Notes: generated from the sequence alone by a model not told the origin. A stretch of DNA of 64,000 nt from Nostoc sp. DedSLP01 (GCA_034530875.2 JAVRCJ020000004.1:224001-288000); one strand, 5' to 3'; positions 9,886 through 21,637 are shown, counted from the first letter of the stretch. Translations and numbers: made by a program.

Positions 9886-10536
9886 TCATATTCTAGAAAA
9901 ATACTGAATTTCCTGTTGAATATTGCTGCGGGCAAATGGTTCGGCAAACTCCAACATTAAAGGCGTAAAGTAGATATGCGGGCGCTGCAAAAATCCTTCT
10001 AAAAACTGCCGTCGCCCCGCGATATATTCAGCTTCTGGCACCCAGGCATATTCTTGGCGAATGGCATTGGAATATTGTGGATAATCAAGTGGATTAATCG
10101 CTAAAATCGCTAAATCTGCGTCAATGAGGACTTGGCTATCACAATCATTCGCCACTGCTTGGTGATTTTTAGTGTCCAGAATCAAGTGGCTGACGGTAGT
10201 TATAGTACTTTCTGGAATGACCAAATGACTTAGTAATTCAAAAGCACAGTCTGCACTTTTTTCTTCATTATCTCGAGCTTTAGTGTCATACACGACATCA
10301 TGAAACCAGCCAGCAAGTAAAACAGCAGGTAAGTTGTTTGTGTAGCCTTGTAAAATCTGGACTGTGCTGAGGACATGATGAATGTGTTCGAGTGTATGGT
10401 AATAGCGATCGCTTGTAGAGTAAGCTGCAACCAAGTGATTAAAGACCTTATCAGCCGCTACTTGGTCAACGCCAAAAGGTTCGAGTGTGCGTTGCCAATT
10501 AGAAAATAAGATACGCGTGAGGTTTTCTGTAGACAT
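9886..10536 (-). CDS. Predicted HD-superfamily metal-dependent phosphohydrolase (COG4339-like)
   Basis: RYYHTLEH, WFHDVVYD, DNEEKSA, DADLAIL, IRQEY motifs. Confidence 0.8.
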   Translation of the reverse strand: MSTENLTRILFSNWQRTLEPFGVDQVAADKVFNHLVAAYSTSDRYYHTLEHIHHVLSTVQILQGYTNNLPAVLLAGWFHDVVYDTKARDNEEKSADCAFELLSHLVIPESTITTVSHLILDTKNHQAVANDCDSQVLIDADLAILAINPLDYPQYSNAIRQEYAWVPEAEYIAGRRQFLEGFLQRPHIYFTPLMLEFAEPFARSNIQQEIQYFSRI

Positions 10537-10835
10537 AGCGTTAGTATCCTCACTCCTGGTATGACTGAGCTAAACTCTTGTGCTGCAACATCTGTCCAAT
10601 CGAGTTAAAAATAGATCAACAAAAGGATAACACTTCTAAGTGGTTGATAGGGCGTGGGGCATCGGCCATTGGGTATGGGAAAGGGAAAAGGAGGGATCTT
10701 TCGTTTACCCCTTACCCTTTGCCCCTTACCCCTTGCCCCATGCCCTATGCCCTATGCCCCAATATAATTAAAGCGTCAAAATAGAAGACACAGGTTTGAT
10801 AAAAAACCTTGCCTTAATTCAGGAGCTTATTATCA

Positions 10836-13820
10836 GTGGTATTACAAGTACAAACAAGCACCTACGAAGCTAAAACCCAAGAAATTGCAAAACAACTTCT
10901 AGCAGCTACCCAAGAAAATCGTTCGTTTTTTGCTTCCTTGCGAGATCAAATGCGTTGGGATGATAAATTACTAGCTTGGGCAATGAGTAATCCTGGGCTG
11001 CGGGTGCAATTATTTCGGTTTATAGATACGCTACCTGCTTTGCACAGTAAGTCAGAAATCGCTTCGCATTTACAAGAATATTTAGGCGATGAATCTGTAG
11101 AATTACCGTCAGCTTTGAAGGGACTCTTAAACTTTGCTAACCCCGATTCTGTACCGGGACAAGTTGCTGCGACAACCGTTGCAACAGCAGTTGAAACTCT
11201 CGCTCATAAATATATTGCTGGGGAAAATATTAAACAAGTCATCAAAACAGTTGAACGACTGCGAAAAGAAAAAATGGCTTTCACCATTGATTTACTTGGT
11301 GAAGCAGTAATTACTGAAGCGGAAGCGCAATCTTATCTAGAACGCTATCTAGAATTAATGCAACAATTGGTAGAGGCATCGAAGAATTGGCCAGCTATCC
11401 CAGCTATTGATGAGGCTGATGGCGAACCGCTACCAAAAGTGCAGGTTTCTGTTAAGTTAACGGCGTTTTATTCGCAATTTGACCCATTAGATGCTAAAGG
11501 TAGTGAAGAGAGAGTAAGCGATCGCATCCGCATTCTTTTACGTCGTGCTAAAGAATTAGGCGCAGCTGTGCATTTTGATATGGAACAGTATGCCTATAAG
11601 GACATAACTCTGAATATCTTGAAAAAGCTGTTACTGGAAGAAGAGTTTAGGCAACGCACAGATATTGGTATCACAATCCAAGCATATCTGCGTGATAGTG
11701 AGGAAGATGTTAAAAGCGTAATTTCTTGGCTAAAACAGCGCGGTTATCCTCTAACAATTCGTTTGGTCAAAGGCGCATATTGGGATCAAGAAACTATTAA
11801 GGCAGCCCAGAAGCACTGGCCGCAGCCAGTTTACAATGATAAAGTGGCAACTGATGCTAACTTTGAAGCCATCACTCAGTTATTGCTGGAAAATCATCAA
11901 TATGTGTATTCTGCCATTGGTAGCCATAATGTGCGATCGCACGCTCGTGCTATAGCGATAGCTGAAAGTTTGAATGTCCCTCGCCGTCGGTTTGAGTTGC
12001 AAGTCCTCTACGGTATGGGTGATAAAGTTGCCAAGGCGTTGGTTGATAGGGGTTACCGGGTGAGAGTTTACTGTCCTTACGGGGAATTGTTACCTGGAAT
12101 GGCGTATTTGATTCGGCGGTTGTTGGAAAATACGGCTAATAGTTCTTTTTTACGGCAGAATTTGGAGAATAGACCGATTGAGGAATTGTTGGCTGCGCCT
12201 GTTGTTGATGATTCTCACGCAGAGGCGCTGAGGCGCAGAGAGGAAAACGGAGGTTTTGTTGGGGCAGCGGATACGGATTATGCTGAGGAGGAGGGGAGAA
12301 GGAAGGCGACCAAAGCTTTTGAGAGGGTGCGTCAGCAGTTGGGGAGGAGTTATTTGCCCCTGATTAATGGGGAGTATGTTAAGACGGCGGAATTTGTTGA
12401 TTCTCTTAATCCTTCTAATTTTAGTGAGGTAGTTGGGAAAGTCGGGTTAATTAGCGTCGAACAAGCCGAACAGGCGATGCAAGCTGCGAAGGCGGCGTTT
12501 CCTGGATGGCGGAAAACACCTGTTGAGGAACGCGCTAAGATTCTGCGAAAAGCGGCTGATTTGATGGAGGAACGCCGCGCTGAACTTGCAGCTTGGATGG
12601 TTTTGGAAGTTGGAAAACCTGTTAAGGAAGCTGATGGAGAGGTTTCGGAAGCGATAGATTTTTGTCGTTACTATGCTGATGAGATGGAACGATTAGATAA
12701 AGGTGTGATTTATGACATACCTGGTGAAACTAACCGTTATATTTACCAGCCACGAGGAATTGCTGTGGTGATTTCTCCTTGGAATTTTCCGTTGGCGATC
12801 GCTTGCGGTATGACTGTTGCAGCCTTGATAACAGGGAATTGTACTCTTCTAAAACCTGCGGAAACATCTTCTGTAATTGCTGCCAAACTCGCAGAAATCT
12901 TGATTGATGCTGGTTTTCCTAAAGGTGTATTTCAATACGTACCAGGTAAGGGTTCCCAAGTCGGCGCTTATTTGGTAAATCATCCAGATACTCATGTAAT
13001 TGCTTTTACTGGTTCCCAAGAAGTAGGGTGCAGAATTTACGCAGATGCGGCAACGCTAAAACCCGGACAAAAGCACATGAAGCGAGTAATTGCAGAAATG
13101 GGCGGTAAGAATGCAATTATTGTGGATGAGAGTGCTGATTTAGACCAAGCAGTTGTCGGCGTAGTGCAGTCAGCATTTGGTTATAGCGGACAAAAATGTT
13201 CTGCTTGTTCGCGGGTAATTGTACTGCAACCAATTTATGAAACCTTTGTGCAGCGGTTGGTGGAAGCAACAAAATCTCTGAACATTGGGGAAGCAGAGTT
13301 ACCTAGTACGCAAGTCGGGCCAGTAATTGATGCCAATGCCCGCGATCGCATCCGCGAGTATATTGAAAAGGGTAAGGCAGAAGCAAAATTAGCCTTGGAG
13401 TTACCAGCACCGGAACATGGATATTTTATCGGGCCTGTGATTTTTAGTGAAGTCTCGCCAGATGCAGTAATTTCTCAGCAAGAAATTTTTGGGCCTGTGC
13501 TGGCGGTAATTCGAGTAAAAAATTTCCCAGAAGCCTTAACAGTCGCCAACGGGACTAACTTCGCGTTGACTGGAGGTCTTTATTCTCGAACACCTTCCCA
13601 CATTCAACAAGCACAGACAGAATTTGAAGTCGGGAATTTGTACATCAACCGCACCATCACAGGTGCTATAGTTGCACGCCAACCCTTTGGTGGGTTCAAA
13701 CTCTCGGGAGTGGGTTCTAAAGCCGGAGGCCCTGATTACCTATTGCAATTTTTGGAACCACGCGCAGTTACAGAAAATATTCAGCGCCAAGGTTTTGCAC
13801 CAATTGATGGAGTTGATTAA
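10836..13820 (+). CDS. putA: Bifunctional proline dehydrogenase / P5C dehydrogenase
   Basis: PRODH motifs (RLVKGAYWD, YLIRRLLENTAN) plus ALDH motifs (PWNFP, AEMGGKN, GQKCSAC, EIFGP); GTG start with RBS. Confidence 0.95.
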   Translation: MVLQVQTSTYEAKTQEIAKQLLAATQENRSFFASLRDQMRWDDKLLAWAMSNPGLRVQLFRFIDTLPALHSKSEIASHLQEYLGDESVELPSALKGLLNFANPDSVPGQVAATTVATAVETLAHKYIAGENIKQVIKTVERLRKEKMAFTIDLLGEAVITEAEAQSYLERYLELMQQLVEASKNWPAIPAIDEADGEPLPKVQVSVKLTAFYSQFDPLDAKGSEERVSDRIRILLRRAKELGAAVHFDMEQYAYKDITLNILKKLLLEEEFRQRTDIGITIQAYLRDSEEDVKSVISWLKQRGYPLTIRLVKGAYWDQETIKAAQKHWPQPVYNDKVATDANFEAITQLLLENHQYVYSAIGSHNVRSHARAIAIAESLNVPRRRFELQVLYGMGDKVAKALVDRGYRVRVYCPYGELLPGMAYLIRRLLENTANSSFLRQNLENRPIEELLAAPVVDDSHAEALRRREENGGFVGAADTDYAEEEGRRKATKAFERVRQQLGRSYLPLINGEYVKTAEFVDSLNPSNFSEVVGKVGLISVEQAEQAMQAAKAAFPGWRKTPVEERAKILRKAADLMEERRAELAAWMVLEVGKPVKEADGEVSEAIDFCRYYADEMERLDKGVIYDIPGETNRYIYQPRGIAVVISPWNFPLAIACGMTVAALITGNCTLLKPAETSSVIAAKLAEILIDAGFPKGVFQYVPGKGSQVGAYLVNHPDTHVIAFTGSQEVGCRIYADAATLKPGQKHMKRVIAEMGGKNAIIVDESADLDQAVVGVVQSAFGYSGQKCSACSRVIVLQPIYETFVQRLVEATKSLNIGEAELPSTQVGPVIDANARDRIREYIEKGKAEAKLALELPAPEHGYFIGPVIFSEVSPDAVISQQEIFGPVLAVIRVKNFPEALTVANGTNFALTGGLYSRTPSHIQQAQTEFEVGNLYINRTITGAIVARQPFGGFKLSGVGSKAGGPDYLLQFLEPRAVTENIQRQGFAPIDGVD

Positions 13821-13831
13821 AGTATAGAATT

Positions 13832-13854
13832 AGGTGGGGAAACCCACCTTTTTT
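13832..13854 (+). terminator. Rho-independent terminator after putA
   Basis: AGGTGGG-GAAA-CCCACCT followed by a T-run. Confidence 0.7.
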
Positions 13855-13880
13855 AAAATGTTATAACTCGAGGGAGTTTG

Positions 13881-14324
13881 ATGAGTAATTTAGTAATCAA
13901 AGTTGCTAAAATACCTGAGGATTTTCCAGCGATCGCTGCAATTAGAAAATCAGTTTTTCAGGACGAACAAGGGGTAGATGACGCCTTAGAGTTTGATGGC
14001 AACGATGAAATATCTGACCATTTAATAGCTTATTTAGATGATAAACCTGTGGGTACTACCAGAATTAGATATTTAGATGACCAAACTGCTAAAATAGAAA
14101 GACTTGCTGTCTTATCTAGATTTAGAGGTCAAGGTATTGGTAAGAAAATCACAGAAAATGCACTCTTGTTTCTAGCTAGTAAAAATATTCGAGAAGTTGT
14201 AATTCATGCTCAAGATTATGTCAAAAGTTTATATCAAAAATTGGGCTTTGTAGAAGAAGGAGAAATATTTGAAGAAGTTGGTATTCCCCATGTAAAAATG
14301 AGGAAACCTTTGCAGTTACCATAA
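13881..14324 (+). CDS. GNAT acetyltransferase (ElaA-like)
   Basis: IRKSVFQDEQ, KIERLAVL..FRGQGIG, YQKLGF, GIPHVKM. Confidence 0.9.
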   Translation: MSNLVIKVAKIPEDFPAIAAIRKSVFQDEQGVDDALEFDGNDEISDHLIAYLDDKPVGTTRIRYLDDQTAKIERLAVLSRFRGQGIGKKITENALLFLASKNIREVVIHAQDYVKSLYQKLGFVEEGEIFEEVGIPHVKMRKPLQLP

Positions 14325-14461
14325 TTTAAAATTTGCCGATCCAATTAAATTATAAAAACTATTTTTATTAAAAAATAAAATGCGAGATGGCTATAATATC
14401 ATCTCACATTTACCAAATTTATTATTATTCTCTGCTTATAATAATGAAGCACTCATTACTA

Positions 14462-16510
14462 TTAAGCAGTTACATAAAAATTGTTATTGCTTAGTGAGAC
14501 TCCACCATATAGTTGTGCGAATTTTACCTGAGTAAACGCACCTCCCCTACCATCTTGGTCAAAGTACAATGCACCTGTAGCGTCATCATAGATAATTCGC
14601 TGAGTGGTAGTGGTTGCAGATGTTCCAAGGGTGAACTGATTAGCTGCAAGCCAACCTGTTGATAACCCACCACCAAAACCAGCAGCCGATACCTGAATCA
14701 ACTCATTAGTAGCGTTGAAGTCATAAATACTATCAACGCCATCATAGAAGCTATTAAAGCCAAAGCGATCGCCACCATTTCCTCCATAAAGCGTATCATT
14801 ACCATTTCCTCCATAGAGGGTATCATTACCGTTGCCACCCTTGAGAGTGTTATTACCAGATGCGCCAGAGGCAGACAAGATATCACTGCCATTGCCCCCA
14901 TCAAGTAAATTATTGCCTGTTGAAGTGTCAACATTTAAAGTATCGTTCCCAGCACCACCCTTGAGGGTGTTATTGCCTAAAGCCGTGCAATAATAATCTG
15001 TTTCACCTAAGTCTTTGTAGAAGCCAGAAGCAGAGAGATAATCATTGCCATCGCCCCCATCAAGTAGATTATTGCCTGTTGAAGCGTCAACATTTAAGGT
15101 ATCGTTACCAGCACCACCGTTGAGACTGTTGTAGCCAGAAGCACCGTAATCATTGTTGGACAAGTAAGAACTGTCAGAGGCAGAGAGATAATCATTATCA
15201 TCTCCACCAAATAGTAGGTTATTCCCTTTGGACGAGTCAACATCTAACGTATCGTTACCACCACCACCGTATAAGGTGTCATTGCCTTGAGATATATATA
15301 TTCTTGCTCTTGAAACAAAGCCAGAGGCAGAAAGATAATCATTGCCATCGTCCCCAAAAAGTAGGTGATTCTCTTTGGAAAAGTTAACATTTAACGTATC
15401 GTTACCAGCACCACCTTTGAGAGTGTTATTCCCTGAGATACTATCGGGATCGGGACTAAAATCAGCATTGGCCGTGAGGTAATCATTGCCATCGTCCCCA
15501 ACCAGTAGATTATTGCCTGTAGAATAGTTAACATTTAAGGTATCCTCACCAGCACCACCCTTGAGGGTGTTATTGCCTAAGGTAAAATAAGCTTCTAGAG
15601 AATCATTGCCATCGCCCCCAAACAGTAGATTATTGCCTGTAGAATCGTTAACATTTAAGGTATCGTCACCAGCACCACCGTTGAGAGTATTCTTTCCAGA
15701 AGCGTTATAGTTGTAGAAGTACCTAGAGGCACTTAGGGAATCATTGCCATCGCCCCCAAATAGTAGGTTATCAGCTGTTGAACCGTCAACATTTAAGGTA
15801 TCGTTACCAGTGTCACCGTTGAGGATGTTATTCCCCTCGCTATCAACGAGATAATCATTCCCTGCATTGCCAATGAGAGTATCATTGCCTACGCCACCAC
15901 GTAGCAGGTCGTTACCACCCTTGCCAGCGATGCGGTCATTACCGCCTTGACCATTAATCACATCATCTGAGTTGTCAAAGCCAATGACATAGTTATTCAA
16001 GTCGTTAAAGAAAGTGACTGTGTTTTTGCGGGATAGGCTTTGTTGAGTGGAGTTAGCATTGACGACATCAAAGCTGTCAGTAATGCTGGTTTGTCCATTA
16101 AACAAGATATTGCCTACTGTAGATAGGTTATCTAGGTTTTCCAGGCTAAAATTTTGCAGGATGACTTTGGAATTAGACCATCCTTCAAAGGTAATTTCTA
16201 GATTTTTACCATTCTGTCTCAGGAGTAGATTTCGAGGAATCAAGCTTTCCTCAACAAATTTGATGGTATCAACTTCGGCAATGACTGCTGCTGAGGGATT
16301 TGAGCTTTTACCTACGCCACCAAAATTTGTGATGGTATCAGTGCTGCCATAGAAGTTGTAAACAAATGTATCCTTGCCACCGCCACCAGTCAGAGTATCG
16401 TCGCCTCCATTGCCTGTGATGGTATCGTTACCTGCTTTGCCGTTAATTGTGTCGGCGCTGTTAGTTCCCAGTAGGGTATCGTTACCCTTGGTTCCAATGA
16501 TATTTGCCAT
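14462..16510 (-). CDS. RTX/hemolysin-type calcium-binding repeat protein
   Basis: Many GGxGxDxL nonapeptides in larger repeating blocks; C-terminal LYFDQDG..G domain typical of type I secreted proteins. Confidence 0.88.
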   Translation of the reverse strand: MANIIGTKGNDTLLGTNSADTINGKAGNDTITGNGGDDTLTGGGGKDTFVYNFYGSTDTITNFGGVGKSSNPSAAVIAEVDTIKFVEESLIPRNLLLRQNGKNLEITFEGWSNSKVILQNFSLENLDNLSTVGNILFNGQTSITDSFDVVNANSTQQSLSRKNTVTFFNDLNNYVIGFDNSDDVINGQGGNDRIAGKGGNDLLRGGVGNDTLIGNAGNDYLVDSEGNNILNGDTGNDTLNVDGSTADNLLFGGDGNDSLSASRYFYNYNASGKNTLNGGAGDDTLNVNDSTGNNLLFGGDGNDSLEAYFTLGNNTLKGGAGEDTLNVNYSTGNNLLVGDDGNDYLTANADFSPDPDSISGNNTLKGGAGNDTLNVNFSKENHLLFGDDGNDYLSASGFVSRARIYISQGNDTLYGGGGNDTLDVDSSKGNNLLFGGDDNDYLSASDSSYLSNNDYGASGYNSLNGGAGNDTLNVDASTGNNLLDGGDGNDYLSASGFYKDLGETDYYCTALGNNTLKGGAGNDTLNVDTSTGNNLLDGGNGSDILSASGASGNNTLKGGNGNDTLYGGNGNDTLYGGNGGDRFGFNSFYDGVDSIYDFNATNELIQVSAAGFGGGLSTGWLAANQFTLGTSATTTTQRIIYDDATGALYFDQDGRGGAFTQVKFAQLYGGVSLSNNNFYVTA

Positions 16511-17336
16511 AACTTTTTTCTGTCCAATCGATTTTTTCAGTAACTTCAGTTCTCAATCCGCTGTTGAGGCTGTTTTAGAGCACAATGAACTGACCGAGAA
16601 CTGAAGCTTTCGGCATAGTTATCTCACCTTTGAGAGTTTGCAATTTTTCTCAAAGATTTACTTTGTTGAATAGCTTGTAAGTAAGACTTATCCAACTAGA
16701 GCATTTTTCATTTCAATGAGGTACATAACTCTAGCCTCTCTTCCCCGCCAATATCCACTTTGCTCAATTGGAGAAATGCTGTATCTACGACTATCTAAGT
16801 CTTAAGCACTGTCAAATTACTGAGTATGTGAATTCACAAAAATAGGCCGTTTCAAGATTTTATCGACTGTGTTTGATTGAGTAGCTATTGCTAAAAAATC
16901 ATCGACAAATCAACTTTGAATGCTTGAAATCCACACTTCATATTTGTTTTTTTGCCAGTGCATAAGTCTTCTATTTTGAAAATAGGGAATAGCTTACAGG
17001 GGATAGGCAAAGGTATTTTTCTGCTCTCATTGTGAGCCATTGCCCCTAATTATTGAGCTTGAAAATAGGAAACATCTATAAATAACATGATAATTACTAG
17101 ATACTAATTATTTTCTGAGATGTCTATATTTCAAGATAAATCTTTGCATAATCTTCACATTTTTGTCGAAAAAATGTATATAAAACTATTGTAATTTTTG
17201 TAATCTTTATATTTTTAGATGATTGCACCGATGCAGGGTTACAGTATACCTTAAGGATGAAGAATATCGAGCGGTCGCTAGGTATGATTTTACACTACCC
17301 TTTATGGTTAAAAATATAAATGCGATCGCCAATTAT

Positions 17337-19130
17337 TTAAATTGGTGTTTGACTCATGTCTAAATCATCCTCCTTATCCTCCAAATACATCTGATTTGGT
17401 AGAAATAAAGTAAACTTGCTACCTTTTCCCAAAGTCGATGTAACCGTCACATCTCCACCGTGCAAACGTGCTAATTTGCGTGTCAAAGCTAAACCCAAAC
17501 CCGTGCCTTCGTACTTGCGATTTAACCGACTGTCAAGCTGCTTAAACGGTTCAAATAGAAATTGAAATTGACTTGAATCAATACCAATCCCTGTATCTGA
17601 AACTATAAATTTCATCCCTTGCGGAACTTTTTTGACTACCAGCGATACCTCACCCGCTGGGGTGAATTTAACGGCATTGCTGAGCAGGTTAAGTAGCATT
17701 TGCTTGATACGCCGTTCATCGGCAATGCAAATATCCGCTTTGGGATCGATTTCACATCTGATTTGCAATCCCTTTTCTAAGGCGCGATCGCGTACTGTTG
17801 ATATGGCATAATTACATATCTCTGAAACTGACAAAGGTAAAAGCAATAATTCTTCTTTGCCTGCTTCCACCTTAGATAAATCTAAAATATCGTTAATTAC
17901 TGCTAGTAATTGTTCGCCACTACTATATATACAATTGATATATTCCTTCTGTTTTTCATTGAGAGAGCCAACTATTTCTTGTTGTAGTAATTGCGATAAA
18001 CCCATAACCGCATTTAGAGGCGTCCGCAATTCATGGCTCATGGTTGCTAAAAATTCACTTTTGGCTCGACTGGCTGCTTCTGCTGCTTCTTGAGAAGCGC
18101 GTAGCTTCAACTCTGTTTGCTTGCGTTCGGTAATGTCCTCAATCATCGCTAAAAAAAACTCAGGTTTACCGTTGCTATCCCGAATCGCAGAAACCGAAAT
18201 ATGAGTCCAAATTAAGCTACCATCTTGATGCAGGCAACGTCTTTCCATCTCAATGCGATTTTTTTCAGCCGGTTGCTCTTTAATTTCAACCTTTGAAGTT
18301 TTCTTGGAATTTGTGCTGCTTCCTGACACCAATTGTTTATAAATTTCTAAATCGCCTTTTTGCGTGTAAATGTAATTTGTAAAACGTTTGCCATGTAACT
18401 CTTCTCGGCTATATCCCAAAATCTCACACAATGCGGCATTAGTATCGACTATTTGCGCTTTCATATCTATCAGCGTAATCCCGATAGAAGAACACTCAAA
18501 AACGGCTCTAAATCGCGCTTCACTCTGTCGCAATGCTTCCTGTGCAGCATTCCGCTGACTCGCTTCTATAGCCAAGCTCACGAAATCTGCAATTGAACCA
18601 GCAAAAGTTTCTTCTTCTAACGTCCATTGGCGACCTTCGCCTACGTGTTCGTGGCAGACTACGCCTACTAAACGACCTTCTAACCAAATCGGTGCGTCCA
18701 GCAGAGATGTGATGCCAAGAATATAAAGATAAGACTCCGATAATTCTTTAGTTCTAATATCGTTTATAGCATCATTTACAGCAATACTACGTTCCTGTTC
18801 TAAAGCCTGAAAATAAGCAGGATAATTAGTTTTCAAAATAGAGTTACCAGAGGTATGCTCCTTGGTCTTTACATCGTATAAATCGATGCATTCCATTTTT
18901 GAGCGCTCTTGATTATATAACCACACTCCAACTCGCTCAACTAATAGCGTCTGAGCCGCAGTTTCTGTGATTTCTCTTAAAGCTGCATTTAGATTTCCTT
19001 GCTGGAATGTCTTGCTCCTTGCCAGCTGCACCAAGCTCTGGCTTTGTTTTCGCCGAGTATCTTCTTTGCTTTGTAAACCCTCTTGGGCTTCGTTATACTC
19101 TGTAATATTTCTCGCCGTGACCACCTGCAT
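17337..19130 (-). CDS. GAF-PAS sensor histidine kinase
   Basis: GAF (SLLDAPI, VVCHEH), PAS/PAC (EDITERK), H box [28 protein letters not shown]. Confidence 0.92.
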   Translation of the reverse strand: MQVVTARNITEYNEAQEGLQSKEDTRRKQSQSLVQLARSKTFQQGNLNAALREITETAAQTLLVERVGVWLYNQERSKMECIDLYDVKTKEHTSGNSILKTNYPAYFQALEQERSIAVNDAINDIRTKELSESYLYILGITSLLDAPIWLEGRLVGVVCHEHVGEGRQWTLEEETFAGSIADFVSLAIEASQRNAAQEALRQSEARFRAVFECSSIGITLIDMKAQIVDTNAALCEILGYSREELHGKRFTNYIYTQKGDLEIYKQLVSGSSTNSKKTSKVEIKEQPAEKNRIEMERRCLHQDGSLIWTHISVSAIRDSNGKPEFFLAMIEDITERKQTELKLRASQEAAEAASRAKSEFLATMSHELRTPLNAVMGLSQLLQQEIVGSLNEKQKEYINCIYSSGEQLLAVINDILDLSKVEAGKEELLLLPLSVSEICNYAISTVRDRALEKGLQIRCEIDPKADICIADERRIKQMLLNLLSNAVKFTPAGEVSLVVKKVPQGMKFIVSDTGIGIDSSQFQFLFEPFKQLDSRLNRKYEGTGLGLALTRKLARLHGGDVTVTSTLGKGSKFTLFLPNQMYLEDKEDDLDMSQTPI

Positions 19131-19597
19131 TAGTTGTCCTCAAGAAGAAATAATTTGGTCTCGCAGTTCTACGTAAAAAGTAGAACTATCTTTGTATAAC
19201 TACAATTACTTTGTATGATTTTTCATAACCGGAAAGTATATTTGTCTTAATCAAATTTTTTTATTTTGGAATGACGAGTTCCAAACTAGAATTTGCCAAT
19301 CACTTCTTTAAGTTTGTATCAGTCATTTTGCCCCAATCGATGGTAATTGGCATTTAAAATCATTTAACTATCAAGTAGTATAGTATTTTTAAAAGTTAGC
19401 TTGTACAGCCAATGTAATTATTACATCACTTAATTCTCCGAATTGCTACTTTGATACTAAAGGATACCCTTCCTTAAATTTAGATTCTTAATTAGTCATT
19501 ACTAGCAGAATACCCTTGAATTCGCCTACAGAAAGATATCTAATGACTCAAATTTTGCCAAAATTAAGTTAGTGATAGCTGTTACAAAGGTAGAGAC

Positions 19598-20524
19598 ATG
19601 ATAGATACTAATTTAAGAATTGTTTCTCTAATTCCGGGTGGAACAGAGATTTTAGCCGCATTAGGATTGGTTGATGCTATTGTAGGGCGATCGCACGAAT
19701 GTGATTATCCCCCAGAAATCCAAGATCGCCCCATTTGTACCCAAGCACGCTTAAACTCGAATGCTTCTAGCAGCCAAATTCACGATGAAGTGAACAATTT
19801 GCTGCAATCTGCTCTTAGTATCTATCAAATTAAAACAGATGTTTTAGAAAAGTTACAGCCTACCCACATTCTCACGCAAGACCAGTGTGATGTCTGTGCT
19901 GTCAGCTTTCACGAAGTCGAAAAAGCAGTTGCTACTCTTGTTGAGAGTCAACCGCAGATTATTTCTTTACAACCCAATATTCTCAGGGATATTTGTGATG
20001 ACATTGAACGAGTAGCCAATACTTTCGGCGTAGACTCGCTCAAAGTATTAGAAAATTTAGAAGCTCGCATTAAAATTTGCGAACAAAAAATTCAAGGACT
20101 TGCTTTAAATGAACTGCCCACTGTAGCTTGCATTGAGTGGATAGATCCTTTGATGACAGCGGCAAATTGGATTCCGGAATTAGTCAACTTGGCAGGAGGG
20201 CAATCTCTATTTAGTGTCGCCGGTCAGCCTTCTCCTCAGTTACCCTGGGAAACACTATTGGCAAGTAATCCAGATATAATTGTTTTTATGCCTTGCGGTT
20301 TCGATCTAAATCGCACGCGCCAAGAAGCCCAGCTGTTAACTCAACTTCCAGAATGGGAAAAACTGCACGCCACCCAAACTGGTAGAATCTATATCACTGA
20401 TGGCAATTCTTACTTCAATCGTCCAGGGCCGCGATTAGTAGATTCTTTAGAAATTTTGGCAGAAATTATACATCCAGAAATTTTTGAATACGGCTACAAA
20501 GGAACTGGTTGGCAACCCTTGTAA
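19598..20524 (+). CDS. BtuF-like (cobalamin/Fe-siderophore family) ABC substrate-binding protein
   Basis: RIVSLIP..TEIL, GRSHECDYP, QDQCDVCAV, YFNRPGPRL. Confidence 0.8.
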   Translation: MIDTNLRIVSLIPGGTEILAALGLVDAIVGRSHECDYPPEIQDRPICTQARLNSNASSSQIHDEVNNLLQSALSIYQIKTDVLEKLQPTHILTQDQCDVCAVSFHEVEKAVATLVESQPQIISLQPNILRDICDDIERVANTFGVDSLKVLENLEARIKICEQKIQGLALNELPTVACIEWIDPLMTAANWIPELVNLAGGQSLFSVAGQPSPQLPWETLLASNPDIIVFMPCGFDLNRTRQEAQLLTQLPEWEKLHATQTGRIYITDGNSYFNRPGPRLVDSLEILAEIIHPEIFEYGYKGTGWQPL

Positions 20525-20528
20525 AGAA

Positions 20529-20561
<33 letters not shown>

Positions 20562-20735
20562 TATTAATTATTAATTTGTGTGTCAGTAAGTGATTTGGTT
20601 TAAAAACTTGACGCTTTACGATTCGCGAATAGATAGCTTTAAGGCTCCCATCAAATCATAGGTTTGGTGATTCTAAATAGCACGTCTTAATTTCCCACCA
20701 AGAATGATTCTGAATTCTGATTTCTGATTTCTTGT

Positions 20736-21038
20736 TCAAGGTGTTTGTTCAGAATCAGATGATGCTTCATTGTTAAATAACAATAGGCGTGCGGCGAGAA
20801 TGGCAAATCCCACAGCAGCGATCGCTTTCATGAAGCGTGCGGGTAATAATTCTGCTACTGCTCCTCCTGCTAATGCTCCCAATAAGCTTGTCAATATTAA
20901 TGCTGCTGCTGTGCCAAAAAATACAGCCCGCGGAGATTGGCAACGCCCTGAAAGTGCGATCGCTGCTAGCTGACTTTTATCACCTAATTCTGATAAAAAA
21001 ACTGTTATAAAACTTAATCCAAGAAGATGCCAATCCAT
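20736..21038 (-). CDS. TMEM165/GDT1 (UPF0016) half-protein
   Basis: ELGDKSQ motif and three hydrophobic segments. Confidence 0.88.
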   Translation of the reverse strand: MDWHLLGLSFITVFLSELGDKSQLAAIALSGRCQSPRAVFFGTAAALILTSLLGALAGGAVAELLPARFMKAIAAVGFAILAARLLLFNNEASSDSEQTP

Positions 21039-21105
21039 ATTTTTAAGAGGGAGAGATAAGGGGCACAGAAGCAGAGGGGGCAGAGGGGCAGGGGAAAACT
21101 AATGA

Positions 21106-21543
21106 CTAATGACCAACAAATACATCCCAAAATAACATTAGAGAAATCAACAACAACATCACGCCTGCTGATTTTTCTACAGTTTTCGGGCTGAGTCGGT
21201 TGGCTATCCAACTACCTAAAAGTACGCCTAATAAACTGGTGCTTATCAGGGCGGCCGCAGAGCCGATAAATACTATCCAGGGTGAATGAGATTCCGCACT
21301 CATTAATAGTGTCGATAGCTGAGTCTTATCTCCAATTTCTGCTAAAAAGATGGTGATAAAGGTTGTCCCAAAAACTACTAGCGCTGATTCCCGTTTTTGA
21401 GGACTCTTAGCAACTACAGGCTGAACTGGCTGAGTAATCGTAGCAGTTAAGTTCAAATCAGTGCTATCTTTCAGTTCTAGCTCGATCTCAGATGAAGATA
21501 TGGCAGAAACGCCTAAAGGTGCAGAGTCTAGTTTCACAGGCAA
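21106..21543 (-). CDS. TMEM165/GDT1 (UPF0016) half-protein
   Basis: EIGDKTQ motif; paired with the downstream half. Confidence 0.88.
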   Translation of the reverse strand: MPVKLDSAPLGVSAISSSEIELELKDSTDLNLTATITQPVQPVVAKSPQKRESALVVFGTTFITIFLAEIGDKTQLSTLLMSAESHSPWIVFIGSAAALISTSLLGVLLGSWIANRLSPKTVEKSAGVMLLLISLMLFWDVFVGH

Positions 21544-21637
21544 TAGTTTTGTTTCTAGGTTGTTTTCATATTTCTATCATATTCTCAGATTGTTGTAATA
21601 AATTGCAACTCCACATAAAAAAAAGCCGATCGAAGTG

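Noticed and set aside
10578..10784. 68-aa ORF
   Set aside because: Translation of STRR heptamer runs (PYPLPLTPCPMPYALCP); no coding signature
14462..16510. Near-absence of Met/Cys in the RTX protein as sulfur sparing
   Set aside because: Low-complexity G/N/D repeat proteins are generally Met/Cys-poor
20736..21543. Split TMEM165/GDT1 gene as a pseudogene
   Set aside because: Each half has its own start and an ExGDK motif; two-gene UPF0016 pairs are a known arrangement
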